Shown: positions 1 to 15,300, numbered from the stretch's first letter. The stretch: DNA of 64,000 nucleotides from Bugula neritina (GCA_964035545.1 OZ037765.1:744001-808000), one strand, 5' to 3'. The notes: generated by a model from the sequence alone, not told the origin. Numbers and translations: made by a program.

Positions 1-983
1 AGGACCTGGCTGCGTTAGAACAACCTATAAACATATATATAATAGGTATCTATAATATATAATAATAAAATACAGTATATATAGTGCTTATTAGTTGGTG
101 AGAATATGACATGAAAATATTGTATAAGTTCATGAAGGATAGGAGACTATAATATAATTACTTCAATATCACTAGATTTCCCTTGTATATTATGTATCGT
201 CTTCTCATTGAGTTTCACTAACAGTGCTTCCAATTATGATATTTTTTATAAACATTTGAACTCATTATATAATGTAAAAAGCTAATCTCTAATGCTCAGC
301 AGCATTAAATATTACTAGCTTAAATATTTTTCAATTGCTTGGCTTCCAAGTTCAATGTAACTTAGCTTTATGGGAGTAGCTAGACCACACAATATTTCAC
401 TCAAAAATATACAGTCTTTAGTATGGCTTTATTATTGGATAGTGGATAGCTTAGCCATAAGTTATAGTTTTATGTAGAACTTATTGAGTGAAGAGCTGAA
501 TAGCTTTGAGTAAGCTATAATAATACATTAACAAAATATAGTTTAAATTTAATTATAAATATATCTTCAAAGTGGTTTGCGAATAGAATATGACTATATA
601 TAGGCCTTTGCTTAAAATCAAAAACCTTTTCATATGAGGATTTTTCTTATATTATACAGAAATTTTTCATCAATATACAATAATTTTACATTACCATAAT
701 AAAATAATATTACAGTACCACTTATATACAATAACATTATACAATAATATTACATTACCAATATATACAATTGGTCTCATAAACAATAAGTGCAAAGCCT
801 TATAAGCTGCAGCAATTAGGTGACCTTCCTACTGATTACAGCTAGCTAGTGTAATCTATCAACACTTCATTTCCCAATAGTTCCTATATGTTCTCTGTCA
901 GCTGCCAGTTCCCATGCTGATGTGTCATAATACACTGACTACTTTAGCAGGTGCTTTTGGTCTGAGTTCACTTGGAGCACACA

Positions 984-3917
984 ATGGCAACCATTACAGG
1001 TTAGTGAGGGAAGGGCAGAAATATTTCACATTGTGGTCTGAATCCCAAATACCTGCATTTAGATGCATGTCTCAAACTCCAATCCTATTAACTATTAGAT
1101 TTTGTTGTAATTTAATTTCTGGAATATTCTGAATAAATATAATTCACCGGTGTTTATCAAATATGCGATGTTTATATATAGACTTTAAACTATGCATCAA
1201 TTTTTTATAATTTTACAATGTCCTTCAGTTTTTCAGCAGCCAATATATAAATGAGTTTTTAAATTGATAGGTTGTCTAAAAGAATGATTTAGAGTAGCTA
1301 TCTTATAACAGCTGTAAATCTACTCAACTCTTGCAATCTATCAAAGTATTTAATGCAGCAACTCTTGTTGATAAGCAGGGCTCTGTTTCCTACTGGTCAC
1401 AGCAATCTGTGTCACATCTGGACACGTTTTACCAGACAATGATTCACCGTCATGCGATTGTGACAAAATTATGACTCGACTAGACAAGCAGCAAAAGAGA
1501 ATTGATGCTCTGGAAGCTGCCGTAGCAACTTTGACTAAGCAGGTGAGGAGATAGTATATATAGTATGTATATATATATTATAGTATAGTAGAGTTAATAT
1601 AGATAATTATAATATACTCTGAGTAAAATCTGATGTAGGCAACTATTGAAGCCACAGTAACAGATGTTGGGAAAAGAGCTGTTTTATCAGATGATATTCT
1701 TCAGAACTTCCTGGCCAGCATCAAAGATGCCGCTGGTGAGAAATATTTCCAAAAATACAAAAAAAGTGTTTTATTTCTTGACAGTAAAATAAAAAGGCAA
1801 TGATTTAATGCAAGTTATACATAATATTCCATTACAATGAATTTTTCTGCTTTACAATTACAACTTTGAAATACAGAGTGAAGTGATTCATGAGACTCTT
1901 TAGCATACAAATTATATAGCAGAGCAATGAGCATTCATTTGATAATTTTTGTATTTAATTTGAATTTAATTTTAGCTCAAATATTTTTTTAAAATTAAAA
2001 TTCCCACTTTTATAGTATTGTTACTAACTATTGGTAACAATTAATATAATAATTCTCAACAACACAAATCCCATACAAGTAACTCAAGACTGAGATGAGT
2101 TGCACACCCAGCATTTCTTTTTCAAACTAGTTTTCTGTTTATTGGAAAATGTACTTATAAATATGAGTTTTATTATAGACAATGCGCTTTAAAATTTGTT
2201 CATTTGTTATATAGGAGCTTCAGGGGCTAATGGAAGAGATGGTAAGTAATAAATAAGTTAAACTAATTGATTGCATAGAGAAAAACCTCCAAAAGTGAGC
2301 TCTTTTAGCACAAAATGCGCAATATCCAGAAACCTATTAACTTTTTATAAAACTACATTCCTGTCTACTTTTAACTCTTTTAGGTCGTGATGGTTTGCCA
2401 GGCATACCTGGTGTCCAGGGAGATGTTGGCCCAGTTGGTCCTCCTGGTCCTCCAGGGCCTGCAGGTATCTCTGCAGAAGCGCCATCTGGTGGAGTATACA
2501 CAAGATGGGGAAAGAACAACTGTGGTGCAGACTCTACTCTACTGTATAAAGGTAAACTATACAGATCTTTGTATTTATATATAAATGGTATATGTGGTAA
2601 GCCAAGTAAAAGAGTAAAGACAAATTGTATATTGTTGTATTAATAGAAGCTTTAAAATTTGAAAGTTGAATCTGCTTTATCAGACTATAAAATTAAGTTT
2701 ATTCTAATGACAATTTGTTTTATTATTGCAAAACCCTATTGCAGAAATTATGCACATTTTGATTTTCATCAATCCACTTTGTAAATTAAGATTTTCTACT
2801 ACTGCACACCATAACGCTCTATACGAGCTATATCTAGAATAAAGTTTTTTTATAATATAGACTACATGCATATTACTGCTATATATACATCTTTTGCACA
2901 AAGTCTAGAAGTAATTCATAGAATTTTGCAGTCACGTGTGTATATACTCCAGCAACCTTTTTGAGGTTTTTCTCAAACATTGTACGTATAAGTATTACTA
3001 TATTTTTTGCATAAAATAAATAAATTCATAGTTTTATGTGTTTTTTCAACTGAGTATATGCATTTTGTTCTATAGCACGACAAATGAACTAATAATTTTG
3101 ATTACTAAACTCACTTTAAAAACTCTTTCAAAGGTTTTGCTGGTGGTAGTTATTATGGTCATTCTGGAGGAGGAGTAAACTACCAATGTCTGCCACTGGA
3201 TCCAGAGTATAACAAGGTCTCAGAAGGTGGTACGTTTTATGGCTCATTAATGGCCGGTGCAGAATATCAGTCTTATCAATATGGAATATTCCCAGACAAC
3301 ATCCATGATCAGAACGTACCCTGCGCCAGATGTTACACTGAGAACAGACCTGCTACTATGATGATTCCAGCTAAGAGAACCTGTCCAGGTGGATGGACTA
3401 AGGAGTATGAAGGTGAGTTCCCAGGTTCTCAGTGTAAGTATGCATGTTTATTATTTCATATATAGTTGATGATGAAATATATTTATAAACTTTGGCCTCT
3501 TAGTTCTACATTATCTCCACGGTAATTAATTTCAGAGCCACTTTATACCATACCCACCCTTTAACCCTAATTGAGGTTTTAATTTGCTAAGGAATTACAA
3601 TAATAGAGACCTGTTCTATCATGTTGCTAAAGCCAAGTCTGCCAGGTTTTCCAAAGATTTGAAACACTTTATCTGTCAATAGTGTTATATAAATTTTACA
3701 TCCAGGTTATTTAATGTCTGAGCGCAAAGACCACGCCCACCCGTCAACCTTTGAGTGTGTAGATGTTGAACCTGAAGCTATCATTGGGTTGACTACAGAC
3801 ACTAATGGAGCTCTGTTCTATTTCATTCGACCATACTGTTCTGGTACAGCTACCACTGGACACTGTCCACCATACCAGGCAAACAAAGAGCTAACTTGTG
3901 TTGTTTGTAGCAAATAG
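984..3917 (+). CDS. Short-chain collagen C4-like secreted protein (signal peptide, coiled coil, short Gly-X-Y, Cys-rich C-terminal domain); exons ~984-999, 1379-1542, 1639-1735, 2215-2241, 2384-2551, 3134-3412, 3706-3917
   Basis: GT-AG exons splice in frame: MATITGLCFLLVTAICVTSG..., GASGANGRDGRDGLPGIPGVQGDVGPVGPPGPPGPAG, then YTRWGKNNC...GFAGGSYYGHSGGGVNYQCLP...NVPCARC...IPAKRTCPGGWTKEYEGYLMS...FECVD...NGALFYF...CPPY...ELTCVVCSK*, the typical short-chain collagen C4/spongin-like C-terminal domain. Confidence 0.88.
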
Positions 3918-4298
3918 AGTTTAGAATGACTGATAAAAATTTCGCTCAAAATAAATAAATAAAATTCTGATTTAAAAAATGAATCATGTTCTTTGTTTTA
4001 GTGACATGTTGTTGTCTATGCAGATAGTTATGGTCTATTGTATTATGTGTGTATATGATCAAGTAATAAAAGCTGTAGAGCTTAGCAATAGTAAATAACC
4101 ACATAGTATAGCTATATCATAAGTGCTATATATATTTATAACCAGCATAGAATGTAGCTCACCCCAAGGTGTTCACATAGATCTTGACTTATAGCTGGTG
4201 AGTGGTGCCTAAATAAATTATACTCTGTGCAACCATATAATATATATATGAGAGTTTCAATATTTTATTCGCATTATTAATTTTCATTGGATAAGCAG

Positions 4299-4435
4299 GG
4301 CTATATTTAGTACCGGTCACAGCAATCTGTGTCACATCCGGACACTAGACAATAAGTCACCACCATGCAATTGTGACAAAGTTATGACTCAGCTAGATGA
4401 GCAGCAGAAGATAATTGATGCTCTAGAATGTGAAT
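4299..4435 (+). pseudogene. Decayed copy of collagen exon 2
   Basis: Similar to 1379-1520 (cacagcaatctgtgtcacatc...ttgtgacaaa...) but with a deletion and stop codons. Confidence 0.7.
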
Positions 4436-4448
4436 AGAGATATTTTTC

Positions 4449-4560
<112 letters not shown>

Positions 4561-4807
4561 GTATGTATATGTTCCACAAAGTTTGAGCAACGCCACTGAA
4601 TTTCACAGTCAGCCGTATATACCCCAGTAACCTTCATGTGGCTTCTTCTCAAAAATTGTATAATAATTGTATGTTTTTGAGCATGATAAATAAATTTCAT
4701 TGGTGTATATTACGTTCCTTTCAACAGAATATACCATATGTAACGCAGAGGTATTGAGTGACTAAATGATTTTGAATACTGAACTCACTTTGAAAACACT
4801 TTCAAAG

Positions 4808-5601
4808 GTTTTGCTGGTGGTAGTTATTACGGTCAAACTGGAGGAGGAGTAAACTACCAATGTCTGCCACTGGATCCCGAGTATAACCAAGTATCAAAAA
4901 CTAGTGGGATTCTAGGTACACTAATGGCTGGTGCAGAATATCAGTCTTATCAATATGAAATATTCCCGAACAACATGCACGATCAGAACGTACCCTGTGC
5001 CAGATGTTACACTAGGAACAGACCTGCTACTATGATGATTCCAGCTAAGAGAACCTGTCCATGTGGATGGACTAAGGAGTATGAAGGTGAGTCCATGTCA
5101 ACCATTTAGTGAGTGTGCATATCAACTATTTTATATTTGATACCAAAATTATATTACCTAAATGAACATTAAAAAATTTCTAGTTTTTAGTTCTGCTTTA
5201 TCTCCAAGTTTTTTATTGTCAGGGGCAATTTACCACCTCCTCCATACAACCTTTGAATGTGAAGATTTTGAAGATGTAGTTAGCATAAGCAATAACAATA
5301 GTGCTCTTCTTTACCATGTTACTAAAACTATAAGTCTGTTAGTTGTATTTGCAAGATTTTCTTTATACACTTTCATGTTTTTTTTTCAGGTTATTTAATG
5401 TCAGAGAGGGAAAACCACGCCCACCCATCAACCTTTGAGTGTGTTGACGCTAAACCTGAGGCTATCAATGGGTTGGGTACAGACACTAATGGAGCTCTGT
5501 TCTATTTCATTCGACCACACTGTTCTGGTACAGCTACCACTGGACACTGTCCACCATACCAGGCAAACAAAGAGCTAACTTGTGTTGTTTGTAGCAAATA
5601 G
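4808..5601 (+). CDS. Duplicated C-terminal exon pair of the short-chain collagen gene (exons 4808-5086, 5390-5601); partial paralog or alternative 3' cassette
   Basis: Near-identical to 3134-3412 and 3706-3917, frame open, splice sites intact. No collagen-helix exons upstream, only a decayed exon-2 copy at ~4299-4435. Confidence 0.7.
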
Positions 5602-5971
5602 AGTTTAGAATGACTTATAAAAATTTACTAAAAATAAACTTATAAAATCTGATTTAAAGAATAAATCATATTGTTTGTGTTTATAGCAACATGTTGTTGT
5701 CCATGCAAATAGTTATGGTCTATTGTATTATGTGTGTATATGGTCAAGTAACAGAAGCTGCAGAGCTTAGCAATAGTAAATAACCACATAGTATAGCTAT
5801 ATCATAAGTGCTATATATATTTATAACCAGCATAGAATGTAGCTCACCCCAAGGTGTTCACATAGATCTTGACTTATAGCTGGTTAATGGTGCCTAAATA
5901 AATTATACTTTGTGCAATCATATAATATATATATGAAAGTTCAATATTTTATTCACATTATTGGATAAGCA

Positions 5972-6324
5972 GGGCTCTGTTTAGTACTGGTCACAGCAAT
6001 CTGTGTCACATCCGGACACCAGACAATGAGTCACCATCATGTGATTGTGACAAAATTATAACTCAGCTAGATGAGCAGCAGAAGAGAATTGACACTCTGG
6101 AATGTGAATAGAGATATTTTTCATGTAGTAATTATCCAAGGATAGGGATTCGAGTATAACATATAGATACTAGCTACGTATACTAATAGGAATATTAGGG
6201 TATTGCTACAAAATGATAATCCATATTTAACAAACTTAATAAAGTTTCTACAATTGGTTATTCATCAAATAAGGCACTATAACATATGAGAGCTAACTTG
6301 TGTTGTTTGTAGCAAATAGAGTTT
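5972..6324 (+). pseudogene. Third relic of the collagen duplication: exon-2 copy (~5972-6110) and last-exon tip (~6290-6324)
   Basis: gataagcag|ggctctgttt... repeats the exon-2 acceptor; gagctaacttgtgttgtttgtagcaaatagagttt repeats the terminal codons. Confidence 0.65.
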
Positions 6325-6785
6325 GTTTCTATGATACTGAAGAAATATATTAGAATAAACTTTGAACAACTCAGTGTGGTTTTTCGATTGTGTAAAAATA
6401 CATCAAAATTTAATACATAATATACCTTATATATCATTTCTATATGGCAGAATATTATTGCATTTTGCTAGAGCTTCCGTTACGCGCATACAGGTCAAAC
6501 TCTATTGAAATTAGCAAGTTTATTAAACAATTAACAAAAATCAGTTCAATTATTGGTTTATTAATAAAACTTCAGCTGCTAAATGATTCAATCTTATTAA
6601 TTAGCTATTATACCTTTGCACTATATTTTGAAATTTATTTAATTCACTCTTGATGAAGGGGAGAGGAGCATTCTATAAGGTTTATTATGTTTTTCAGTTA
6701 CATATAAGCTATAAGGCTAATAATATAATAATATAATATAAATGTTATATATAAAATTATATATAATAAGAGTATTACATAAGTA

Positions 6786-6824
<39 letters not shown>

Positions 6825-7411
6825 TATATATATATATGTTTCACACATATAACATACAAATATACAAAACAGGTGTATAATATAAACATATAAACCAAAA
6901 GCTGTAATAAAAATTCTATAGGATATTTAAAAGAATATAAATATGCAAAGATAAGCTTAGCTTTGAACAAACAAAAAATTAAAACAGATAGAAGTCGTAA
7001 AGTGTAATAATGATGAAATAAGTAAGCTTCATTGAATTACCTTATAAACAGAACTGCATATATGTAAATGTGTGCAATAATTATATAGCATTTCTTGTGA
7101 GGTCCTAGAATGATGAATAATATGAGCCATAGTACTGTCACTGTTGAAGAAAACCCGCAAAATCTTTATTAAATACCAAATACTCAAAGGGACAGCCTTC
7201 TTGTTACAAACACATAAACATTATTGTATATCTAATTTTGTTATATTATCATAATAAAGTGGGTTATTATATAATATTATAATATTCAGCAATTAAAACG
7301 ATGACTATCGTATTTGGTCTTATATATTCAAATTTATAAATAATTGCAGTTATAAAAGCCTGGTTAGATCACTATCTAACGTGAACTTAAGTTGGCAGCC
7401 ATATATAGAAA

Positions 7412-9103
7412 TCAACTTATAGTTATCCATGTGACAAAGCTGACCACTAGCTGAATGACAGCTAGGGCAAAGTGTCTGCTGCTAGCATGACTTGTCACTG
7501 CAGGTGCACTCTGCGGTGGCACGTCTTGCGCAGTCTCTTCTGATGAGTCTTGACCTTCAACTTCGAGGTCTGGGTCAGATGTCAAGGACATCGGGAAAAT
7601 TGAAGAATCAGTTATGAAGTCAGAAATGGTTTCAGTCGTAATAGTAGTACCAGTGGTTGCACTGTTAGTAGTACTAGTAGTGGTAGTAACACTGGTAGCA
7701 GTAGTAGTAGATGAGTTGAGTGGAGAGTTACACAAGTCAGTAGAGCACAGACATTGAATAGAACCATAGAAATAGGGTAGTGCCCTGCAACCTTCAACTA
7801 CCCCATCAGATATTCTAATTGATGCACACATTCGGACTGCTGAAAGTAGTTTTGTAAAAAGAGATAATCAAAGTTGAACATACCAAATATTCATATTTAC
7901 TATTTATAAAATTATAATAAAAATCAATAGAAATCTGTTAATTTTTCCTTTTGATATAAATAAATCGTATAATAAATTGCATTATTTTTATATAACTTTA
8001 TACTGCAAGTGTTTATTATATACTGCAGGCATCTTGGCAAAGCAAATTTATTTTCTATATTAAATTAACAAAATAAAAAATTTGAAAATACAACGGAAAA
8101 ATTTCTAAATTACATGAAAGGCCAATTGAATAATACAGAGATCATAACTTCAACAGAAATGGATTTGAAACGCTGTATTTTCTTTAGAATATATTATCCA
8201 GTAATATCAATGACTTACTTCTATTTATAGCCACAGAGCTGTAGTAAGTCGTTGAACAGAAATCACAACTAGCTTGATCACAGTCTACTATCTGTTCTGA
8301 CTCATCATCACAACCTTGGCATGACTCATAGCAGCGTATGGCCTGAGTGTTTACTACCAGACCTAAAGACAATTCCTTATAAAATGCACATAGTAGAAGC
8401 AGCTGGCAATTTTGACCAACACCCACGTTAGAATTACATTTATATATTTCAAACTCGCTTCTATATATAATAGTTGGCGAAACATGTAAAATGGTAAGAT
8501 GCAATCTCATTTAATTATTGGGATATATAATATTGCAGAAAATATAATTAAAATTATCTAATATGCCGTAATACATTCATTTTTGCTGCATGTGAAACAA
8601 TACATACTTTCGATATCTTAAATAAATCAAAATAATTTTAAAACAAACTTTTTTTGCATACATTATATGAAGTCAAAACGTTTTATTGAATTGTATAACA
8701 TATACAAGTTTGATACATCCAAGATTTGGCTGTCTAAAGTATTAATAATATACTAAAATTTACCAGACAATTACAAAAGTCATCAAATTTCTTCTACGCA
8801 AAAGTTGTACATATGTTTCTTATACAAATGTTTCAATATGATCAACACTGTGATAGTTTTCGTCATTACAAGAACACGACTACAAAGACAGGAGAAACCG
8901 GAACTGGCTTGGAATTTTCACAAAGCTTGTAACAACTGCATGTAAACTGTGCTAATAACTCAGTTTAGTCAAAACTAATTGAGTATATACAGCATATAGT
9001 TCAAATATATAAAACATTTAAAATAAAATTAATATAGTCATCAAAAGCAAAGGAATATCTACTCACCCAATAAGATCAAAGTATGCAGCGTTATTTTCAT
9101 CAT
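7412..9103 (-). CDS. Ly6/uPAR (three-finger) domain protein with Ser/Thr stalk and probable GPI signal; exons ~9103-9067, 8362-8219, ~7840-7412
   Basis: MMKITLHTLILLGLVVNTQA signal peptide, IRCYESCQGC...QCLCSTDLCN LU-type Cys pattern, Thr-rich stalk, hydrophobic C-terminus (FALAVIQLVVSFVTWITIS*). Confidence 0.8.
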
Positions 9104-10649
9104 TTGGAAAGAGTTCAATGTGAAAATAATATATTGTTTGTACTGTTTCTTCTGCAACATCTAGCCCTTGAGTGTCTTTAGAGTCTATACTGATCAACAG
9201 TGTATGCGTGAATATGCCAATAAACTGTATTGGATAATATAATATGGTAATATATTATTGCATATATTACCATGATTATAATATGAATGTAGTTATTATA
9301 ATATTAGTATAATATTCATTTGGTAACTGATACAGTAAACATCCATGCATATCTCATTACAGCATAATATATTATAATTAATTAAAATACATTTGCTAAA
9401 GCGTATTCATATAACAGGATCTTTAATATACCAGCTTTCCTTGCGTCAGGCAGCATGGGTGTTAGCCAATAGAAATAAGCTGCCAAGTTCTTGTCTTTAT
9501 CAATTCACCACACATTATATTTTCATGTAAATTGTATGAACAACTGTAGCCACATAATTATATCTCTTTATATAAACAAAGGCTCCGGAAACTTCCTTCC
9601 TTCCTCCGCCTAGCGTCACATACGTATATACCATTAAAGTTGATACAATCATATGATTTATAATATATATAAATAATATAAACATTATATCAACTTTATT
9701 GAGTAGCATATATTATATGCGTCTCATACTTTACTCATGTTTGTTAGCTGCATAAAAAGTATTTAATTAAATTGAAACTCAATACCCTAAAATACAGCTG
9801 TTAGTTGTAACTTATGTCATCACAGCAATGGCAATTTCATTTTATAACCTGAGGCTTGGATTTTGTTTAATTCAACCCTGATTTTATTATGTTGAAATTT
9901 TTTGCCTATATAATTGAACAATTTTTATGGCAGCTTATAAGGGTACACACGCACTTGTCAAATTAGTCATAGGTATCTCAATTCCTTGGATAATCGTAGT
10001 TGCTGACAATAAAGCTTTTTAGTAGTGATTGTATAATTGTATAAAATAGCACAAGTTTCCAAGAATTGTCGAGTCAGTGCAGTAGTGGTATCGTGCATAT
10101 TGTATTAACAACACACTGCTTTGTAAACACATTATATTTCTAGCTTTTAATGTTTAAGTGAATAGCTCAGTCATGTTTTGCACAAATATTTGTATTAGCA
10201 AGATTATTAGTATCCGTAGCATAGAATGATATCATATTTGCATTGGTAATTGTTTCTCATTAGTATTATAACAGAGTATCCGACATATGTTATTAGAGTT
10301 ATCTGCCTGTAGTTATAAATTATCCGTTTTCTGTTTTGATAGTTGATTATTTTTGTCGTATAAACTTATTGAACGCCGATTAAATAGACGTACGCTCTGA
10401 GTCTTCAGGCAGAAATCTCATTAGTTTGACTCGCTACCGAACTAAAAAAGTTTGAGAAACCAAAAGAAAAAGTACAAACTAAAAAGCTTCTGCTCATACT
10501 AATGCTCATAATCATGCTGATGCTAGTAGATTTTCACTCACAGATGCAGTGTCAGAGATGTTAGCTTTGACCTCGAGCTTTCAATTCGTCTAGTTTTGGT
10601 CACAACAAATGCAATCACAATGAACTATATTAATTTTGTTTCACTTCAT

Positions 10650-10965
10650 TCTAATAGTAATACTAATAGTAATACTAATACTAATACTATTAGTATTACT
10701 ATTAGTAATAGTAATACTAATAGTAATAGTAATACTAATACTATGAGAATTACTATTACTATTAGTGATAGTAATAGTAATTCTCATTTTCATTCTGGTT
10801 AAAATAAGTGATTAACTTTAACTCATTTACTTTAACTTCAAGTTAAACTAGAATTAATACTAATAGTAATACTAATAGTAATACTAATAGTAATACTTAT
10901 AGTATTACTATTAGTATTAGTATTAGTATAAGTTATACTAATACTAATAGTAATAGTATTAGTTA
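10650..10965. repeat. Low-complexity (TAATAG/TAATAC)-type hexamer repeat upstream of the PUF60 coding start
   Basis: taatagtaatactaatagtaatactaatactaatac... Confidence 0.85.
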
Positions 10966-12339
10966 AAAAAATCTCTAAGTATAACACTTACTTTTAGTTT
11001 TAGTACTTACACTAGCCTAACACAGTAACAGTAACATAAAATTAAATTTAGATTTAGCCTGTTAAAATTGGATTATGTTTTTCAAAATCATAATGATAAC
11101 TATATTTAATTTTAAATTTATAATGTTTGATTAACAATTCGGACTGTAACTATAAGTATTATTATATTATGATAACTATAATAATAATTGTAATACTTAT
11201 ACTACTACTAAAACTATAAGTATAAGTAGAAATTAATTAAATCATTTTTCATTAGTTTCCCATCATCTGTAACAGCCAAAGTTTCAAACAGCTACTAGTA
11301 CTTACGTTTGTGATCATCAATGAGCTAATGCTATGTATTACTCTTACTATTAGATTTAGTTATTCAGTGTTTATAAAACCAAATATATTATATTAACTGT
11401 AAATTATATTTATAGGGCCAAGAGTGAGTGTATGCTAACAGAGCGCATGTTACAAAATAAGTTTAGCAATAATTTAATTAGTTATTACTTATTTATTCAG
11501 TAATTGAAATCAGTGAGATCAGATTTATCATGAAGTGCTATTATAATTATTAGTATTTTCAACTCATAGTCATTAAGCTAAATTCTTTTTCATTTTTTTA
11601 TCATTATGATTATGCAATCCAATCACATTGACTGATTAACTAATTTTTATGAGCGAATTTCACTTGAATGATAAATGAAATCATATCATGACTCATTATA
11701 CCTTTTAAACTTCAAGTTCAAGTAAATATGTGAGTCAGTATTACGTTAAAATATGATTCGTAAAGTGCTGGAACATGAATATCAAACTCATTATGACTCA
11801 TACTTCCAACGTCCTGTTGTTGGTAGTAGCTTATTCACTGACTGACTTGTGCTGCTTTTAAAGTGTTTAAATATAACTGAAGCTTCAAACTTTTCCTTGT
11901 ATCATCAATTCTGGTGAATCTTTTTAAAATTACCAAAATGTTTCTACTGATGTTTTACCCATTACTATCATAATCTTCGAAGTGCGAGTTCCAGTTGACA
12001 TTGTTGTTGGTCAAATTTTTGTGTTGAGTATTATTTTAACCTTTTATTGCTAATGTAATTGAAGATTTTTATTTCATCCAATGTTCAGCTTCAAAGTTAC
12101 TAGTCTGAAATTCCGAAACACTATAAACTTTAGTGTTTATTTGTTTAGTTATAAATAAGGCAGTGGCATATATTGTCTATAAGAAAATTGTAATCTTTTT
12201 AGACTTTTATTTTTTTTTCTTTAGTATCAATAGCTAAATTTTAATTTTTATCATCTATAATTTGTTACACAATATATGTGAAATTTCTGCTAAAAAAAGA
12301 TGGTGTATTCTTGTAGGTTAGTTATCTACTCTGACAAAG

Positions 12340-15300
12340 ATGGCGGCTCCCTCAACGGTAAGTCTCTGCTTCATAGATAGTAGTTTCACTCCTCATTCTT
12401 ATGATTTCACGGTCAATAGTTTAGTACTACAAGATGTTAAATTGTCGATCACTTTAAATTAACTCTAGTTTTTTTCAAAGTCTTTTGCATCTGCTCAAGT
12501 CAGGACTTCATATAACGATTTGCATCTGTCAGGGTTTTAGTATGGTGCCCCCGCCTGGCCTCCCGAGCTCTCCATTCACTTCAGCACCTCAGGCTACTGG
12601 CATTCCCCCACCCGCAGTGCTTACTGTTCCAATTCCTGGTGTATTAGCAGCTACATCGGGGGTCTCCACCCCACCCTCTAACTCTATGATGATGATGAAC
12701 GCCCCTAGCACAACTATGTTTGACTCTGCACGTAAGTCTCAGCTCTATGTTGGTAATTGAGTATTGTGTGATGATAGTAACCGAGTTAGCCATGTGTTTG
12801 ACTTGTGTCTGATACTATTGTGTCCTATTATACAGTTTGTATTACATAATTTATATATTGAGTATTTCCAAAGTATGAATATATTGGGCAAAATATTTTA
12901 TTGGTTATCTCCTCCAGTACTCCGAATTGATGCATATTTTAACAATATTTCCTCCTGGTACAGACATCTGCTATCACGATTAATTTTAAACCTGACAATC
13001 TATTTGACATGGAGTTGTATGCCCCTTAAGATGATTTCTGTATAATAGTCTTCCAGCCCCTCATCATTAGTGTTAGATTAACATTGAGCTCTATAGCACA
13101 GTGCTGAGTGCTGAAGTCTTTTGAAAGCCATTACAGACTGCAAAGACAGAACTTGGCTTTTTATATCCATACCTATCATCATTCATTTATATACATTCGA
13201 GTACTTATCTCCTAGTAGATCTGTTATAATAAGTCATACCTTTGTAGCTGCTCATCAAGCGGACCAGACCGGCCCGGTATTCAATGGACCCGGTGCGGAG
13301 GCAGAAAAGAGTGTGTTCAAGCTGTGTAAGACCAGCATGTCCCAGACGGACCAGATCAACAGGGCCAAGAAGTATGCCATGGAGCAGAGTATCAAGACGG
13401 TGCTGGTCAAACAGACCATCGCGCATCAGGCCCAGCAGCAGCTCAACATTCAGACCAACGTGCAGAAACAGCAAGCCTTGGCGCTCATGTGCAGGTGAGT
13501 TGACACTACTGACACTTGTATGCAGGTGAGTTGACATTTGTATGCAGGTGAGTTGACAGTACTGACACTTGTGTGCAGGTGAGTTGGCAGTTGTATGCAG
13601 GTGAGTTGACAGTTGTGTGCAGGTGAGTTGACAGTTGTATGCAGGTGAATTGAGAGTTGTATGCAGGTGAGTTGACAGTTGTATGCAGGTGAGTTGACAG
13701 TTGTATGCAGGTAAGTTGACAGTACTGACAGTTGTGTGCAGGTGAGTTGACAGTTGTGTGCAGGTGAGTTGATTGACTGCTCTGCTTTCTGGTATGTTTC
13801 TACAATCTTTAGTCTAGGCAAAATTTGGCAAAAATTCCTTCTACCAGATGATCACTTTAAAAATAAATTTTTCAGGATGTTATAATTTTATGTGATAATT
13901 TATTTTGCTATGATAAATGGCGTGTTATTGTACTGTCATATGAAATGTAGTAATATATAAACTAAATATTATTATACTATCAAATATAATAACATGGCTT
14001 AGTAATATCGTGTTATATAATAATGCAGGACATATTATTTAGTAATATTGTATTATATAATGATGTAGAATATATTATTTAGTAATATTGTATATATAAT
14101 GATGTAGAATATATTATTTAGTAATATTGTATTATATAAGAATGTAGAATATTATTTAGTAATACTGTATTATATAATAATGTAGAATATACGTCGGGAG
14201 TATAAACTTTGAGATTAAAGAAGACACAATAAAACAGGCCTTCCAACCGTTTGGGCCAATCAAAAGCGTCAACCTGTCGTGGGACAGCATCACCAACAAA
14301 CACAAGGGGTTCGCCTTCGTCGAGTACGACATACCAGAGGCTGCCTCTTTGGCCATGGAACAGATGAACGGCGTTATGATTGGTGGACGGAATATCAAGG
14401 TAGGCGGCCACCAACCTCCTCACTTAAGACTATATGTTATGTCCAAGTAGGCCTTTTAAATACTAGTGTATGAGTTTAGTCGCTCACCAGCTTAGTGATT
14501 CTTTAAATAGTTTAAGTGTTGATATTAGAAGTGTTGACAATTTAAGTGTTGATAGTTCAAGTGTTGATATTAGAAATGTTAGTTGAAGTGTTGATATTAG
14601 AAGCATGGATATAAGAAGTATTGATAGTTGAAGTGTTGATAGTTCAAGTGTTGACAGTTGAAGTGTTGATAGCTGTGTAACTCGCGTATTAAATGCACAT
14701 TTCAGGTGGGGCGGCCGACCAACATGCCCCAAGCCCAGCCTATCATAGAGCAGCTAAAGGAAGACTCTAAAGGCTACAACAGGATATACATCGCCTCCAT
14801 ACATCCCGACCTCGTCGTCAACGACGTGAAGAGGTCAGTTACGCTTCCTGTTGAGAGAAAAGTACCGGCGATGTTTTTGTATCTCTGATGTTGTGTAAGG
14901 AGAGAATGTAAACCAGTCATTTTATACTCTTCTTTTACACATGTTTTTAAATTGTGTTTTCTTATGAGGGAGTTACTCTTCCAAGTATCTGTGTTATTCC
15001 ACAGCCGCCACTCTGTAAAACTGCTGCTAGTTAGTCACATGACTGTCACTGTCTTCTACTTGCAGCGTGTTTGAAGCCTTTGGACCCATCAGAGCATGTC
15101 AGTTGGTGCCGGAGCCCACCCGTCCCGGCAGACACAAGGGTTACGGGTTCATAGAGTACACCAACGCTCAGAGTGCAGAAGACGCTGTCTCTTCTATGAA
15201 CCTGTTTGACCTCGGCGGCATGTTTCTCCGGGTTGGCAAGGTGAGCCGAATGATCCCACATTACGACAGTTACTGGTACCGGCGGGCTTGTCTCCACTTG

